This document shows positions 1-12,537 of a stretch of DNA of 64,000 bases, piece after piece. Numbering within the stretch: the stretch's first letter is position 1; every line of letters starts with the position of its first letter. A model generated the notes under the pieces. It did no database searches, was not told the origin of the DNA, and saw only the letters and a program-made list of their open reading frames with translations. Position numbers and translations under genes: made by a program. This stretch comes from Octopus vulgaris (lineage: Eukaryota): NCBI GenBank assembly GCA_951406725.2, contig OX597820.1, positions 112,530,001 through 112,594,000 of the forward strand, given 5' to 3'.

Positions 1-251
1 CAGACTTATCCCCCTCTGACTTTCATCTATTCCCCAAAATGAAAAAAAGCCCTGGCTGATCACCATTTTGCCAGTGACGTTTCTTGGAGTCACAAACAGA
101 AGGGTTCTTCTACGCTGGGATAATGGCACTTCAGCACCGCTGGAAAAAGTGTTCAGCCATCGAGGGGGACTCTGTTGAAAAATAAATCATCAGAAGTCTT
201 GTACCATGTTTTGTTCTTTTGAGGCTCAAGATTTTTCAGACACCCCTCGTA
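1..251 (+). mobile_element. mariner transposon 3' end
   Basis: Translates DLSPSDFHLFPKMKK ... GDSVEK*, then ends in TIR-like ttttcagacacccctcg-TA. Confidence 0.8.
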
Positions 252-1099
252 TGACCTCTTGGCTGAAACAGCTGTAAGAAACTATTCTACTTTCAATGTT
301 CTACGTTACATATTTTAATAATTACTGGTATTTTTATATGTGTAAAGCATAAAATGTTATACATGTATGTATATTGTTATAATAATTTTAAAAAAAAAAT
401 AAATAGACGTAATATAATGTCTAAAAGTTGATGAATACCACCTCTTGATCCCCTCTATTTTTTATTGCTGTATATATATATATATATCATCAACATCATC
501 ATCATTTAATGTCAGTTGTCCATGCTGGCATGGGTTAGATGGTTTGACTGGGCTGGCACACTGGAAGGCTGTGCCAGGATCCAGTCTGATTTGGCATAGT
601 TTTACACAGCCAGATGCCCTTCCTAATGCCACCCACACCAAGAGTGTAATGGGTACTTTTATGTGCCACCGGCAGGGGTGCCATTTGCATGACACTAGAG
701 TGCATTAATGTGCCAGTGGCACGGATGTCAATTTGCATGACACTGATATCTGCCACGACTGTGATTTTGCTTGGTTTGCTTGGGTCTTCTTCTCAAGTAC
801 GACGTAATGCCAAGGCCTTGCCTATTTCCTCCATGAGGCTCAATGCTCGAAATGAACTCAGCCACATTGCCTCTATATTAAGTAGAAAGTTTCCTATTCT
901 TTACTTTACTTGAAGTAATAGTTTGTCCTATACTTTTACAGGTGTAATAACTTGTCCTGTACTTTTCCAGGTTTATAATCTTCAGAATACTATTTCTCTT
1001 GCTCGTATTTTTCCATGTAATCCATGATTATCCAGGCATTGCTGTTAATAATGTGTCAATTAATAATTTAAGATTTTACCTTATAAAAATACATATGTA

Positions 1100-1139
<40 letters not shown>

Positions 1140-1171
1140 TTTATTTTAAGCAGCAGAAAATTCAACAAAAT

Positions 1172-1209
1172 CTGTTACTCTGAGTTTCTCGTTGCCGTTC
1201 ATCAGACAG
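1172..1209 (-). ncRNA. minimal type I hammerhead ribozyme motif
   Basis: ctgt CTGATGA acggcaacga GAAA ctc-a-gag TA acag: intact core, stems I and III pair, GUA triplet. Stem II is weak. Confidence 0.7.
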
Positions 1210-1245
1210 TTTTTGCCGTTCATCAGACAGTTTTTCTAGCAAAAA

Positions 1246-1281
1246 CTGTCTGATGAACGGCACAGAAACTCAGAGTAACAG
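1246..1281 (+). ncRNA. minimal type I hammerhead ribozyme motif (mirror copy)
   Basis: ctgt CTGATGA acggcaca GAAA ctcagag TA acag. Confidence 0.6.
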
Positions 1282-1556
1282 ATTTTGTTGAATTTTCTGC
1301 TGCTTAAAATAAAGCATATTACTCTACCACTGGTATTTGAGTACTCTTTTTTCCACCTTGTTTCACATTTATGTGTTTACTCCGGTATATATATATATAT
1401 ATATATATCATCAGTAGAAGTTAGAGAGTAAGTCAAAAGCTGAGAGTTTCGTGTATTGGCACTTATCAAACACAAATTTGTCCATTGTCACTCTGTAACT
1501 TGTGATGAAATAACTTCTAAAATACAAAATTTTGTAATAAATGTTAAGAGTAAACT

Positions 1557-1880
1557 CTGTTCTATGTGACACATTCTACCAGTATTGGAAGTTTGAAAGT
1601 GTTTAGTTAAAAAAAAAATAACTAAATAATCTGTACGTCTAATTGAATAGATCCGAAATGGAGGAAAGGCAAAGTCGACCTCAACGGAATTTGAACTCAG
1701 AACGAAATACTGCTTCTAAATTATGAAATTTTTTCAAAAACGTTATGAGTGAACCCTGTTCTATGTGACGCATTCTACCAGTATTGGAAGTTTGAAAGTG
1801 TTTAGTTAAAAAAAAAAATTAATGAAGTAATCAAAGTCAACCTCTGTGAAATTTGAACTCAAAAACGTAAAGACAGACAA
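1557..1880 (+). repeat. ~200-bp-period tandem duplication
   Basis: ctgttctatgtgac..cattctaccagtattggaagtttgaaagtgtttagttaaaaaaaaaa at 1557 and 1756, each followed by a SINE-B fragment. Confidence 0.85.
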
Positions 1881-2523
1881 AATACAGTTAAGCATTTCAC
1901 TCGACGCACTAACTTAGAAAGTAAACGTTGCTTTTAGGAATATATTCTTTATTCTTATAGCTGAAGCATTACTCTCTAACTTACTGACAGGAAATTTTGT
2001 AATATTTTCCTCATAACTCTTTTCCTACTAATTCTTGTTCAATGCAACTAGTGATTCTGAATTCCTCATGCATTTTTCAATCATTTAAGCCTAAGAAAGA
2101 TATACTTTTAATTTAAAATTAAAAAGTTTATCTTAATTGAAGGTGAATAGGTGCCTTACTGCCCCCACCTTGAGGTCACAGATATTTTGATGTAACTTTT
2201 TTGCTACTGAACAAAATCTCAAACTATTTATGCCAAAGTGTAGCCGAGGAGGTGTCCTCTTTAAAACTATTAACAGTTTGCAATTTAGTTGAGAACTGAA
2301 TTAGTGGTGAAGCTTGGAAGCTGCTGCGATTGATAAAATGGTGGACTTAAGAATATATTCAAGAATATATATATATATATACAACTTATAAATAAGGGCA
2401 AACGAAAAAATTTCTAATGCCAAATATGCCGAAATTGGACATATTATCCATAACCATATAATTTTTCACAATACGCACACTACTTGAAAAAAGGTCGACA
2501 GAAATTTCTAAAAAATTCCATTA

Positions 2524-2583
2524 TTACCATATCAGACTGATTTCAGGGTTAGTTCATAAGATCCCTCCCTTCGTCAGTGATAA
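2524..2583 (-). ncRNA. type I hammerhead ribozyme motif
   Basis: ttatca CTGACGA aggg..(18 nt)..ccct GAAA tcag-t-ctga TA tggtaa: all three stems pair. Confidence 0.8.
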
Positions 2584-4025
2584 ATGTGGCAAAGAAATAA
2601 ATGAGATACTTACTCATACCCATATACACACACACACACATATATATGATTCGCTTACAATTGTGCCAGTGTGCTGGCACAATTGTTATCCTGTTCAGTA
2701 TGAACAGTGGAATCAAAACTCAGAGTAACTCCAACCTCAATCCAATGGCTGCTGCAGGTGCTGATACTTATGCTGTTGTAGTTACTGTGTATCACTATGA
2801 GGCAGTTACACTGTTGAACCAGTGAAACAACCAGCCATCCAGTTAAACAACAACACAAACAACAACAACAACAACAACAACAACAAAAACAAAAACAACA
2901 ACAACAACAACAACAATATCGGCAACAGCAAGTATGAGAAGTTGGTGTAGGATTCCATTGTTGGTGCATGATGAGGTGTGATACAAGAAAAGCATGTTTG
3001 CCTGACATTCTCAGCAAATCATTTTTATCAGATAAACAGTTTTTGCAGTGTTTGATGCTGTGAAGGTCAGAATGTGTCAAAGCTATTTGAGAAGCAGTGG
3101 AGTGGGCATGAGAGGGTGAGTGTGAGATGGTAGTGACACTTTAGCGGGTGCCAGTGGCATTCAGTGCTTGCACTAATATGTGAATGAGGCAGGGAGTCAG
3201 AGAAGGGGTTGAGCTGGCATGATGCAGTGATAGATGGGATGTGTACAGTTAATGGATTAGTGTGGATTAATGGATTAGTTAAGTAACCTGAGGAGAGACA
3301 AAGAGAATGGTAAAGACAATTGAAGTAACAACATCAAGGATATGGACAGTATAGGGAGTAATAAATAGGATATAAGGGAGAGAGCTGTTGAACGTATAGG
3401 GCACTAATAGAAAGGGTATAAAACAGTGGGGGTCGGGGTCAAGCTGTTAGAACACACAAGGGATTGGGTACATGTAGGGAAGAGAGGGGGAGGGGGAGAG
3501 AAAGAGAGAGAGAGGGAGAGAGAGAAAGAGAGAGAGCTTATGTAGCACTCAGTATAGAAAAAGAGTGTAACAGCAGTAGAAGCAATTATGTAGGGTTGGA
3601 ATAAATGGGTTTCAAGTCGATATAAATGGTTATTGATGTGAATAGTGAGGCTGAGTTTGTTGGAGGTGACGAGAGAAGATACAATCTTGTCATATTGATT
3701 TCTGTCAGTTAACATCACTGTATGGTGACAGAGTACAGGTGTCAGTGTTGATGTAGGGGTGGTAGTTGCCGAAGATGGTGGGAAAAGAGTTGGTGATAAT
3801 ATTAGTGGTAACAGTTGTTGAGATTGTGGTGGTGGTAGTTGATCTCTTTTCTACCAGTGATCATGTGTGAGTGTGTGTGTGTATACACATATAAATGTAT
3901 ATACGTACATATGTTTATACACCTATGCACACATGTACAAAAACAATGGAACTTCAGTTTTTTTTTCTTTTATTTCCAATACGTTTATAGAAATCTCAAG
4001 TTCCTTCTGATCCACCATGACTATT

Positions 4026-4275
4026 GGAGGCACATGGCCTAGTGGTTAGAGCAGTGGACTCGTGGTTGGGGGATCGCGGGTTCGAATCTCCACGTGGCTC
4101 CGGTGGAAGGTAATGGCGAACTTCTGCTGACTCTTTCGCCACAACTTTCTCTCACGCTTTCCTCCTGCATCTTGCAGCTCACCTGCGATGAACTGGCGTC
4201 CTGTCCAGGTGGGGAACCTATATGCCAAGGAAACCAAGAAACCGGCCCTTATGAGCCAGGCATGGCTCAAGAAGG
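4026..4275 (+). mobile_element. tRNA-derived SINE family D (related heads at ~28016-28335- and ~61928-62030+)
   Basis: A box tggcctagtgg and B box ggttcgaatct, followed by a non-tRNA body. Confidence 0.75.
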
Positions 4276-4552
4276 AATACATACATACATACCATGACTA
4301 TTTACAACTGATTTTTATCAGTCACCATCGGTTTGTAAGCTGTGTCCCAGAAACAAAACAACAATTAGAATTTCAAAACATTGTCTACAATATATTAAAT
4401 AGGGAACTATATAAGCAATATATTTTCAATGTTCGATCTGAATAAAATCATATTATTTTAATTAACTGCTGGCATTTAAATACCAGCTTTTGGTGACACA
4501 AAATGCATTTACAATAGCAAAAATATAGGTCAGTTGACCCCAAAATGCTTAC

Positions 4553-4632
4553 CCCAAGGATCAAATGTTTTACTTCATCATCAGAGAGGAACGCAGGTTT
4601 CTGACTGACTTCTGTATGCGTTCGATTTGCTC
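4553..4632 (-). CDS. BMAL1: BMAL1/CYCLE exon, linker into PAS-A
   Basis: Acceptor ttttcaattgtAG and donor GTAAGC. Encodes (G)ANRTHTEVSQKPAFLSDDEVKHLILG, matching the BMAL1 KPxFLSDDExKHLIL motif. The phase-1 start fits the bHLH exon. Confidence 0.95.
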
Positions 4633-5156
4633 CTACAATTGAAAATATTAGCTTAGATTAAGAGCCAAAAACCATAAATGTATTCTTCATGACTATATTT
4701 TGTAGGTTAGGTAACAACACTGAAACTCCCTTATTAATCTATGTAGGTACTTAAGTGGTTTGGCAATAGTTGTCTGTGAGTTCAAATGCTGTCAATACTA
4801 AATTTATATTGTTTGAAGGTTATTAATGTTTCACCACAGATCAACTTTACTCCAATACATATGATAAAGGCATTCCAGCTTTAACAATCCCAGATTATTT
4901 TCATTTTCATTTTCATCTATAGCGTATTTAGCACTATATTATCCAACATATTGTTCTTTTTTTTTTTTTTACAAAAGATAGGATGTAACTAGAACAAAAC
5001 CTAACTTATATTACAAGAACTTAAGCAACTATGAAGTCATTAGTTTTTCTTTGTTATGTTTGGCAGTTGATAAAGCAACACCTAGAGTAGTATTCTGGAA
5101 CATTCAGCAGGAGACAAAACTAGAAGACTATACATACATACAACATAACACACACA

Positions 5157-5203
<47 letters not shown>

Positions 5204-5212
5204 ATATATATA

Positions 5213-5950
5213 TCCAAACAGATTGGCGAGGGTTTGCATCAGCAAGATTTGTATTATTTAGTGGAATTGATAAAAAAAAAAGGAGAATAGTGAAATAACC
5301 TTGGGGAGCAGAAAATGCAACATTTTGGACATAGCTCTACTTCAGGGAAAGTTGACACAAGAGAAATTTATGAGAGACAACTTGGTTTTACATTTTCTAA
5401 GTTAGAAAAACTGGCTGTGACAGAGAAAAGATGTTGGGATACAGGAGCTTCATTTGTGATTAGGAATGGAATTAGGAAAAGTGGGCAAAGTCAAGTGTGA
5501 AGGGAAAAGATGAAGTAGAAAGGGAAGTTGGCGGATAAGGAAGAAGAGGAAGAAAGGATGACAGACATTTTAACCACAATACCAAAGCAACATTTTCAAT
5601 TTTCTGCAGTTTTTAAACCTTCTCTTTGCTTATTAAACCGTTTCTTATTCTTCAGCCTGTCTCTCACCTAATCTTTTCCTCTCACCTCACTCTTGATTTG
5701 CCTTTTTCTCCTCTTCACTCCATTCCTCTTTCCTCCTACTTTCTCAAACTGTTTCTCCTCCCACTTTCTGTCAGGTATGAAGCTTCATTCTTTATTAGTT
5801 GCAGCCAGTTTTGTTTTAACTCAGAGAGTGGAAAACTATGCATGCTCTGTCTCATTAATTTCTCTCCAGTCAACTTTACCCCAAATGAGGACTGTCCAAA
5901 ATGCTGGATTTACTACTCTCCATGGCAAGTTCACTGTAATCTGTTTGTCG
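5213..5950. repeat. old diverged fold-back element
   Basis: Inverted segments such as cattttggaca/tgtccaaaatg, aaagttgac/gtcaacttt, aaaactggctg/cagccagtttt and caaacagatt/aatctgtttg. Confidence 0.65.
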
Positions 5951-6438
5951 ATTATACCACATACACACAAACATGCATGCATGCGCATATGCACACACAC
6001 ACACATGAGCGTGCACACATGCACATATGTACTATAAAAATTTACAGACTGCAAACAATATGAAGCAAGTTATTTTTAATGGTTAAACTCAAAGGAGGTA
6101 AAGCTACGACTAACAGCATCTGGAATATTAGACTAAAAAATTCTCTTGGACAGAAAAAGTTGAAGGCTACCCCATGGAACACAAACCCACATTTTCTATA
6201 GCCATGACATGTCTTAACCATTAAATCAAAGCAACATTTCAAATCTTTTGGAGATCCACCATTAAAAATAATTTACAATATATGTATGTATGTGTGCCTG
6301 TATGTATGCGTGTATGTATGTGTGTATGAATGTATGTGTCTATGTTTGTATGTATGTATGTGTGTGCATTTATATATGTTTGTATGAATTTATATGTATG
6401 TATTACACACACACACATATAACATCATGGGTGAAAAA

Positions 6439-6508
<70 letters not shown>

Positions 6509-7004
6509 CACCCATTTGTACACATTGAAAAAATACACATATATTAATATATATATATATGTATTTAAATATATATGTGTGTGTGTGTGTGTATTTATAT
6601 ATGTATATTATTATGCACATGCATATATCTATCTATATACATTATACTGTAGTTGTCAGTTATTCCAAACCATTAAGTTTCTTGTGTATTACAGGTCTAA
6701 TTCTTATGTGCTTTGTAGTATCAAAGCAAGCAATTCTTCAAACAGCATGTTTGCCAAACAGAATAAAATAATAGAAAAAAAACAGGAAAATTTTTAAATG
6801 GAATTATATAGAAATAGTCTGAATTCACCCCTACCCAACTAGATGATTAATAACAGACGATTAATTCCTAATGTTTGTAGAATAATATAGAATGAGTTTA
6901 GTGAAGTTAACGTGCATTTATATACAATTCTTTATGACAATATATGTATCATACTTATATGTTTTATGTGCACAAAACTTTTAATGCACATCTGATGGTA
7001 TAAA

Positions 7005-7215
7005 CGGCAGTGAGCTGGCAGAAACGTTAGCACTCCGAGCGAAATGTGTAGCCGTATTTCGTCTGCCGTTACGTTCTGAGTTCAAATTCTGCCGAGGTCG
7101 ACTTTGCCTTTCATCCTTTCAGGGTTGATTAAATAAGTACCAGTTATGCACTGGGGTCGATATAATCGATTTAATCCGTTTGTCTGTCCTTGTTTGTCCT
7201 CTCTGTGTGGTAGAA
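7005..7215 (+). mobile_element. SINE family B (others ~13905-14108+, 14297-14497-, 24943-25155+, 25177-25505+, 60047-60220+, 61166-61380+, 61696-61905+)
   Basis: Repeated gagctggcagaa..gttagca..gagttcaaattc..gaggtcgactttgcctttcatcctttc..aagtacc, often next to (TTA)n. Confidence 0.85.
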
Positions 7216-8823
7216 TTAGTAGTAGTGGCAACAACAGCAGCAGCTTTTCTTTACCCTTTTCTTTCTACTTCTGTCCGCAGGAGTGTTTGTTTCACTGTGC
7301 CTCCTTTCCCACCTTTCATTGTACACACAACAAACTGGTTGGTGTCAGGAAGGGCATCAACTACAAAAACTATGCCAAAGTAGGCACTGGACCATGGTGT
7401 GGCTTTCAAATCCACTGGATCCTGTCAAACTCTCCAACCTACACCAGCAGAAAACATGGATGTTAAGTGATGATGATTGTGCTTCTTACATACAACTTCA
7501 TTATTACTGACATAGATACATTTACAGATAACTTGTTTGCAGATGATCTGATTAACAAATATCATTTATCAATGACCCCTATATAGAGAAAATATATGTT
7601 TCTGAAGTTATATCAATATATGTATTTCTTCAGCATCTCAGAGAGCTAGGAGACACAAAAACACATTTCTACACATGCAGCTCTTCATACATATTTCTCA
7701 TTCATTTTTCAAGACCAAAGACCTTACGCGTCTTATACAGTGTTTATGACACATCTCAAGAACTCTATGCATTTTTTATGATACACAAAGAAACATTTCC
7801 TCTGTTTAGCATACATGCATGCACTGACACATATACATGCATGTGCATGCAGACACACATGCACATGCACACATACAAACACAGACACACACTACACACA
7901 CACTCATATACATATGTGCATATTATTCCACAAATAGGTTCAGCTTACCAAACAAGTGTAGGAAGTCATTGATGATGATGATGATGATGATGATGATAAT
8001 GGTGATAATAACTATAGTAATACAAATCAAGGGAATTTTGATCACCTTGACTTTGACTAAATAAATATAATCTGTGGGTTCTGTGAATTACGATTGGTTG
8101 CTAAGTAACATCTAATGTTATAAAGAAGTGGGGCAGTGTTTGCTAACTCACATGTAGATAATGACACCCTTATACATGTATGTGTGTGTGTGTGTGTGTG
8201 CGCATGTGTGTGTATGTGTGTGTATGTGTTTGTGTGTGCACTTGTATATATGTAGTGTAGATGTACATAATGTGAGTAGTTGTGTAGTTCCTCTACAGCA
8301 AGAATCTTATTATGTTTGGATCCTCTTCCCTTACACTTTAACCCTTCGTCTCCTAGTGTAAACTCACCTCTCTCTATTGTAGTCCTACTCAGTTGAAGTG
8401 GATTTCAATCTTACAAGCTGCATAGAAACCTCACGAGCTAGTGTTATGAAAAAAGGCACCCAATACATGGTGTAAGGTGGTTGGCATTTGGAAGGGCAGC
8501 CATAGAGACCATGTCAAAGCAGACATCGAAACATGATGCAGTTTATGACCCTTTGGACCTGACAAACTGTCAAACTGTCTAGCCCATGACAGCATTCAAT
8601 GTGGACATTAAAAGACGATGACAATGAGATGATGATGTAGGTGTATATATATATATATATATATATAGGCACAGGCATGGCTGTGTGGTAGGAAGCTTGC
8701 TTCCCAACCATACAGTTCCAGGTTCAGTCCCACTGCATGGTACCTTGGGCAAGTGTCTTCTACTATAACCTTGGGCCAACTAAAGCCTTGAGTATATTTG
8801 GTAGACAGAAACTGAAAGATACC

Positions 8824-8871
<48 letters not shown>

Positions 8872-9172
8872 GTATATATATGTATATACCAACAAGTGTG
8901 TTTTGTTTCTGTATTTGTCCCCAATCACTGCTTGACAACCAATGTTGCTGTATTTGCATCCCTATAACTTAGTGATTGAGCAAAAAAGACCAATAAGATA
9001 AGTACTTGGCTTGAAAAATAAGTCCTGGGGCTCAATTGTTCAACTAAAAACCCTTCAAGTACTTTTGCCTCATCATCAGCATCTATGCTGCCATGAAGAG
9101 TCAACTAACAATTATAATGAGAGTAAAAAATGTTGCATAGACCTTACTGAGAACACTTTTACATCAAAGCCT

Positions 9173-9273
9173 ACTCAGCATATATATACTCAGCATATAT
9201 ATACTCAGCATATATACACTCAGCATATATATACTCAGCATATATATACTCAGCATATATATACTCAGCATAT
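9173..9273 (+). repeat. 15-bp tandem repeat, ~7 copies
   Basis: Unit actcagcatatatat. Confidence 0.95.
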
Positions 9274-10214
9274 GCACACTCTCAGACATACAGGGGAAAA
9301 CATGTGTGACAACACTTTTGAAATATATTCGGAGCTTAAAAAGCAAAAGAACCAACTACAACATTAAATAGTCCATTATAAAATCTGCTCCAGTCTATTT
9401 TAATGGTAACAAGTGCCAACCCTTCTTAGAAGAACAGTCTAACATACTCACTCAACCTCTCAGATTGTTAAATTCTAAATTGGAGTTGATTTCTTCATGT
9501 CTCTCTTAAAGAAAGTCTTGTCTAAGATTCTTTAAGCTGCCAACTGGATAAAACTCAAAATTTCCTAATCATCTCTGGAAATGTTCATGCCTTATGTCCA
9601 TTGACTCACCAATAAACTGTTTGATGCATTAATGTTATTTATCAATCTTTACAGGTATCCACCATAACAGAATCCAACCTTTACATGTTTGATATACGCC
9701 ACATCACATCACACCACAACCTCATAGCTATCACAGTTTGGAAATCACTCTCTCATCTTCATAACACAGCTTGCATAACATAGATTTGGATGCTAATGCA
9801 CTTACAATACACTACAGTTTACTCTTTTACTTGTTTCAGTCATTTGACTGCGGCCATGCTGGAGCATCACCTTTAGTCGAGCAAATCGACCCCATTCTTT
9901 GTAAGCCTACTACTTATTCTATTAGACTCTTTTGCTGAACCACTAGGTTACGGGGATATAAACACACCAGCATCGGTTGTCAAGTGGTGTTGGGGGGGGG
10001 GGGGGGGACAAACAGACACACAAACATATACACACACACATACATATATATGTATATATATACATATATATGACGGGCTTCTTTCAGTTTCCGTCTACCA
10101 AATCCACTCACAAGGCTTTGGTCAACCTGAGGCTATAGTAGAAGACACTTGCCCAAGGTGCCATGCAGTGGGACTGAACCCGGAACCGTGTAGTAGTCAT
10201 GTGAGCTTGATTGT

Positions 10215-10719
10215 GCCATTTTTTTCTTTCTGGTTTTACAGTGTAAGCATGGCGGTTCCAGTAGCAATGTGCACCAAAGAAGAACAAAGAGCAGTGATCC
10301 AATTTCTCTGATCAGAAGGTGTGTCAGGTGCTGAAATTTATCAGAGGCTTTTAGCACAATATGGGGACTGTGCACCACTGTGAAGAATTGTGTATGAGTG
10401 GATTGAGATATTAAAAGTGACCAGACAAGCATGATGCACAAAGAGGAAGCAGCATACCCGTCAACCTCCACCACTGATGAGAAGATTCAGCAAGCTCGAG
10501 AATGGTGAATGGTGAACCAGTTCCCCATTACCATCTCTCACATCACTGCTGTTTGTTCTTCTTTGATGCACATTGCAAGTGGAGAAAAATGGTGTGATCA
10601 GGCTCAAACTTTGTGCACATGACCACAATAGTGCAAACTATAAGCACACATGCGCAGAAGGCTGTGTGACAATAATAAAGATATGTTATGGTGAAAATGA
10701 GGATAATTTTTGACTTCCC

Positions 10720-10724
<5 letters not shown>
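10215..10724 (+). mobile_element. mariner fragment (N-terminal HTH region, rearranged)
   Basis: MCTKEEQRAVIQFL*SEGVSGAEIYQRL-like translation and TIR-like ttttgacttcccctca-TA end. Confidence 0.65.
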
Positions 10725-10776
<52 letters not shown>

Positions 10777-10781
<5 letters not shown>

Positions 10782-11061
10782 TGCAGTGTGGAAGGTGTTT
10801 ATAAGCCATTTAAGAAACACACAAAAACCGTTAGATTCACTTCAACATTTAAGTTTAATTTGTCAAAATATTTTCATCGCTTTGAGACCGCGACCTGTTC
10901 ACTGACAAAAGTTTGTGCAGCACAATGTTTTTTCAGTGAACAGGTCATGGTTTCAAACAGACGAAAATATTTTGACAAATTAAATTTAAATGTTGAAGTG
11001 AATCTAACGTTTTTTGTGTGTTTCTTTAATGGCTTATAAACACCTTCCACGCTGCAATTGT
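10777..11061. repeat. TA-flanked fold-back element (~130 bp arms) with variant hammerhead-like motifs
   Basis: 10777-10905 is inverted at 10933-11061. The ORF track shows mirror ORFs. Confidence 0.9.
10859..10909 (-). ncRNA. hammerhead-like motif, G3:C8 core variant
   Basis: tttgtca GTGAACA g gtcgc-ggtctcaaa-gcgat GAAA atat TT tgacaaa: 7-bp stem I, 5-bp stem II and palindromic stem III. Confidence 0.6.
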
Positions 11062-11155
11062 TTGCGTTCCAGCACACGATCTCAGATCAAGTCATTCGCT
11101 ATGCAAGTACATCTCCATATATATATATATACACACACACATATACAGCCATTGA

Positions 11156-11260
<105 letters not shown>

Positions 11261-11279
11261 TTTATCGCACTTTGACTTT

Positions 11280-11337
<58 letters not shown>

Positions 11338-11339
11338 TT

Positions 11340-11714
11340 GTGGTACCACTGCCGGTGGCACATAAGAAAACCATCTGAACGTGACCGTAGCCAGTACCGC
11401 ATTGACTGGCCTCCGTGCTGAGGGCACGTAACAAACACCATCCAAGCATGGCCGTTCGCCAGCCTCGTCTGGCACCTGTGTCGGTGACACATAAGAAAAC
11501 ACCATCCGAGCGTGGCCGTCTGGCACCTGTGTCGGTGGCACATAAAATCACCCACTACACTCTCGGAGTGGTTGGCGTTAGGAAGGGCATCCAGCTGTAG
11601 AAACACTGCCAGATCTGACTGGCCTGGTGCAGCCTTCGGGCTTGCCAGACCCCAGTTGAACCGTCCAACCCATGCTAGCATGGAAAGCGGACGTTAAACG
11701 ATGATGATGATGAT
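11340..11714 (+). mobile_element. SINE-like or LINE-3'-end family C with (GAT)n tail (others ~485-900-, 19808-20105-, 31755-32280+, 44815-45180+, 45200-45615+, 47088-47570-, 49900-50320+, 60298-60850-)
   Basis: Shared 3' end aggaagggcatccagctgtagaaa..cccatgctagcatggaaagcggacgttaaac(gat)n, preceded by variable numbers of internal caccatccgagcgtg modules. Confidence 0.88.
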
Positions 11715-11853
11715 ATATATATTAATATACACACACATATACAGCCATTGATGCATATATATATATCAGATCATCTGTAAACATAAATCCGAAAAAAGAA
11801 GCACACTACAAGTTACAGAGCAGTATATATTAAAGTTAGATAAGGCTAGTTTA

Positions 11854-11916
11854 TGGGATTATCTTAGGTTTCAAGTCCATAAAGGGCCTGGCTTTATGGT
11901 ATATCATCAGATCCCA
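11854..11916 (-). ncRNA. hammerhead motif with degenerate stem III
   Basis: tgggat CTGATGA tata ccataaag..ctttatgg actt GAAA cctaaga TA atccca. Confidence 0.6.
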
Positions 11917-11993
11917 AAGATCTGTGAACTAAAGGCCTCTCTACTGAGTGGCCTCTCTAGAATAGGGAGGAGGAAATGAGATCATTACTCAAG

Positions 11994-12118
11994 GTCAACA
12001 AAGGGGATTCTTTCCCCTTGGCTATCGGTCACTGATGTCAACAGAGGGGGATGTATCCCTTTGGCTATCGGTCACTGATGTCAACAGAGGGGGATGTATC
12101 CCTTTGGTTATCGATCGC
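11994..12118 (+). repeat. 43-bp tandem repeat, ~3 copies
   Basis: Unit gtcaacagagggggatgtatccctttggctatcggtcactgat. Confidence 0.9.
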
Positions 12119-12246
12119 TGGAGGCCCTGTTATCTCATGAGTTCTAATAAGTTAGCAGGAATGAGTAATGAGCTTATTCTAGAGAGGCCTTTAGCCAACA
12201 GGTTTTGGGATTTTGAGATACTAGAAGGCACCAATGATTATAGTAT

Positions 12247-12346
12247 TCTACGCTGAAGAGAAAAGAAGTTTGGGTAACGTAGAATTATTTAATATTTAAT
12301 TCTTATGCTTTCCTAAAAACTTGATTTCGAAACGTGCGTCCGTAGA
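12247..12346 (+). ncRNA. type I hammerhead motif with extended stem II
   Basis: tctacg CTGAAGA gaaa..(~60 nt)..tttc GAAA cgtgcg TC cgtaga: 6-bp stem I and GUC triplet. Confidence 0.78.
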
Positions 12347-12537
12347 TAACTTAAAATTGTATGATAGATTGCCGTCAATTCATTCTCTCTTACCTGTTTG
12401 TGTTTGCCTTCCAATTGCTGTGTTTTTTACTGAGATCTCCTTTTTAGTAGAAGAAATAGCTATAACTCTTTGACTGCTATTTCTAAATTCGGTCTGTGGT
12501 AAGGCAATTCGTTGCTAAACCCTTTATTGCTTAGTAT

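Larger units (their letters stand above)
1139..1386. mobile_element. TA-flanked fold-back element with two opposed minimal hammerhead motifs (Penelope terminal-repeat-like)
   Basis: 1139-1235 is inverted at 1241-1314, followed by a unique tail, with (TA)n on both sides. A diverged relative lies at 41105-41320. Confidence 0.85.

Noticed and set aside
2655-3080. 141-aa Cys-rich ORF
   Set aside because: The poly-Cys comes from a (CAA)n tract. There is no recognisable domain or fitting splice phase for the expected PAS-A exon.
4026-4095. tRNA gene
   Set aside because: A/B boxes are present but there is no complete cloverleaf or acceptor stem. It continues into a SINE body.
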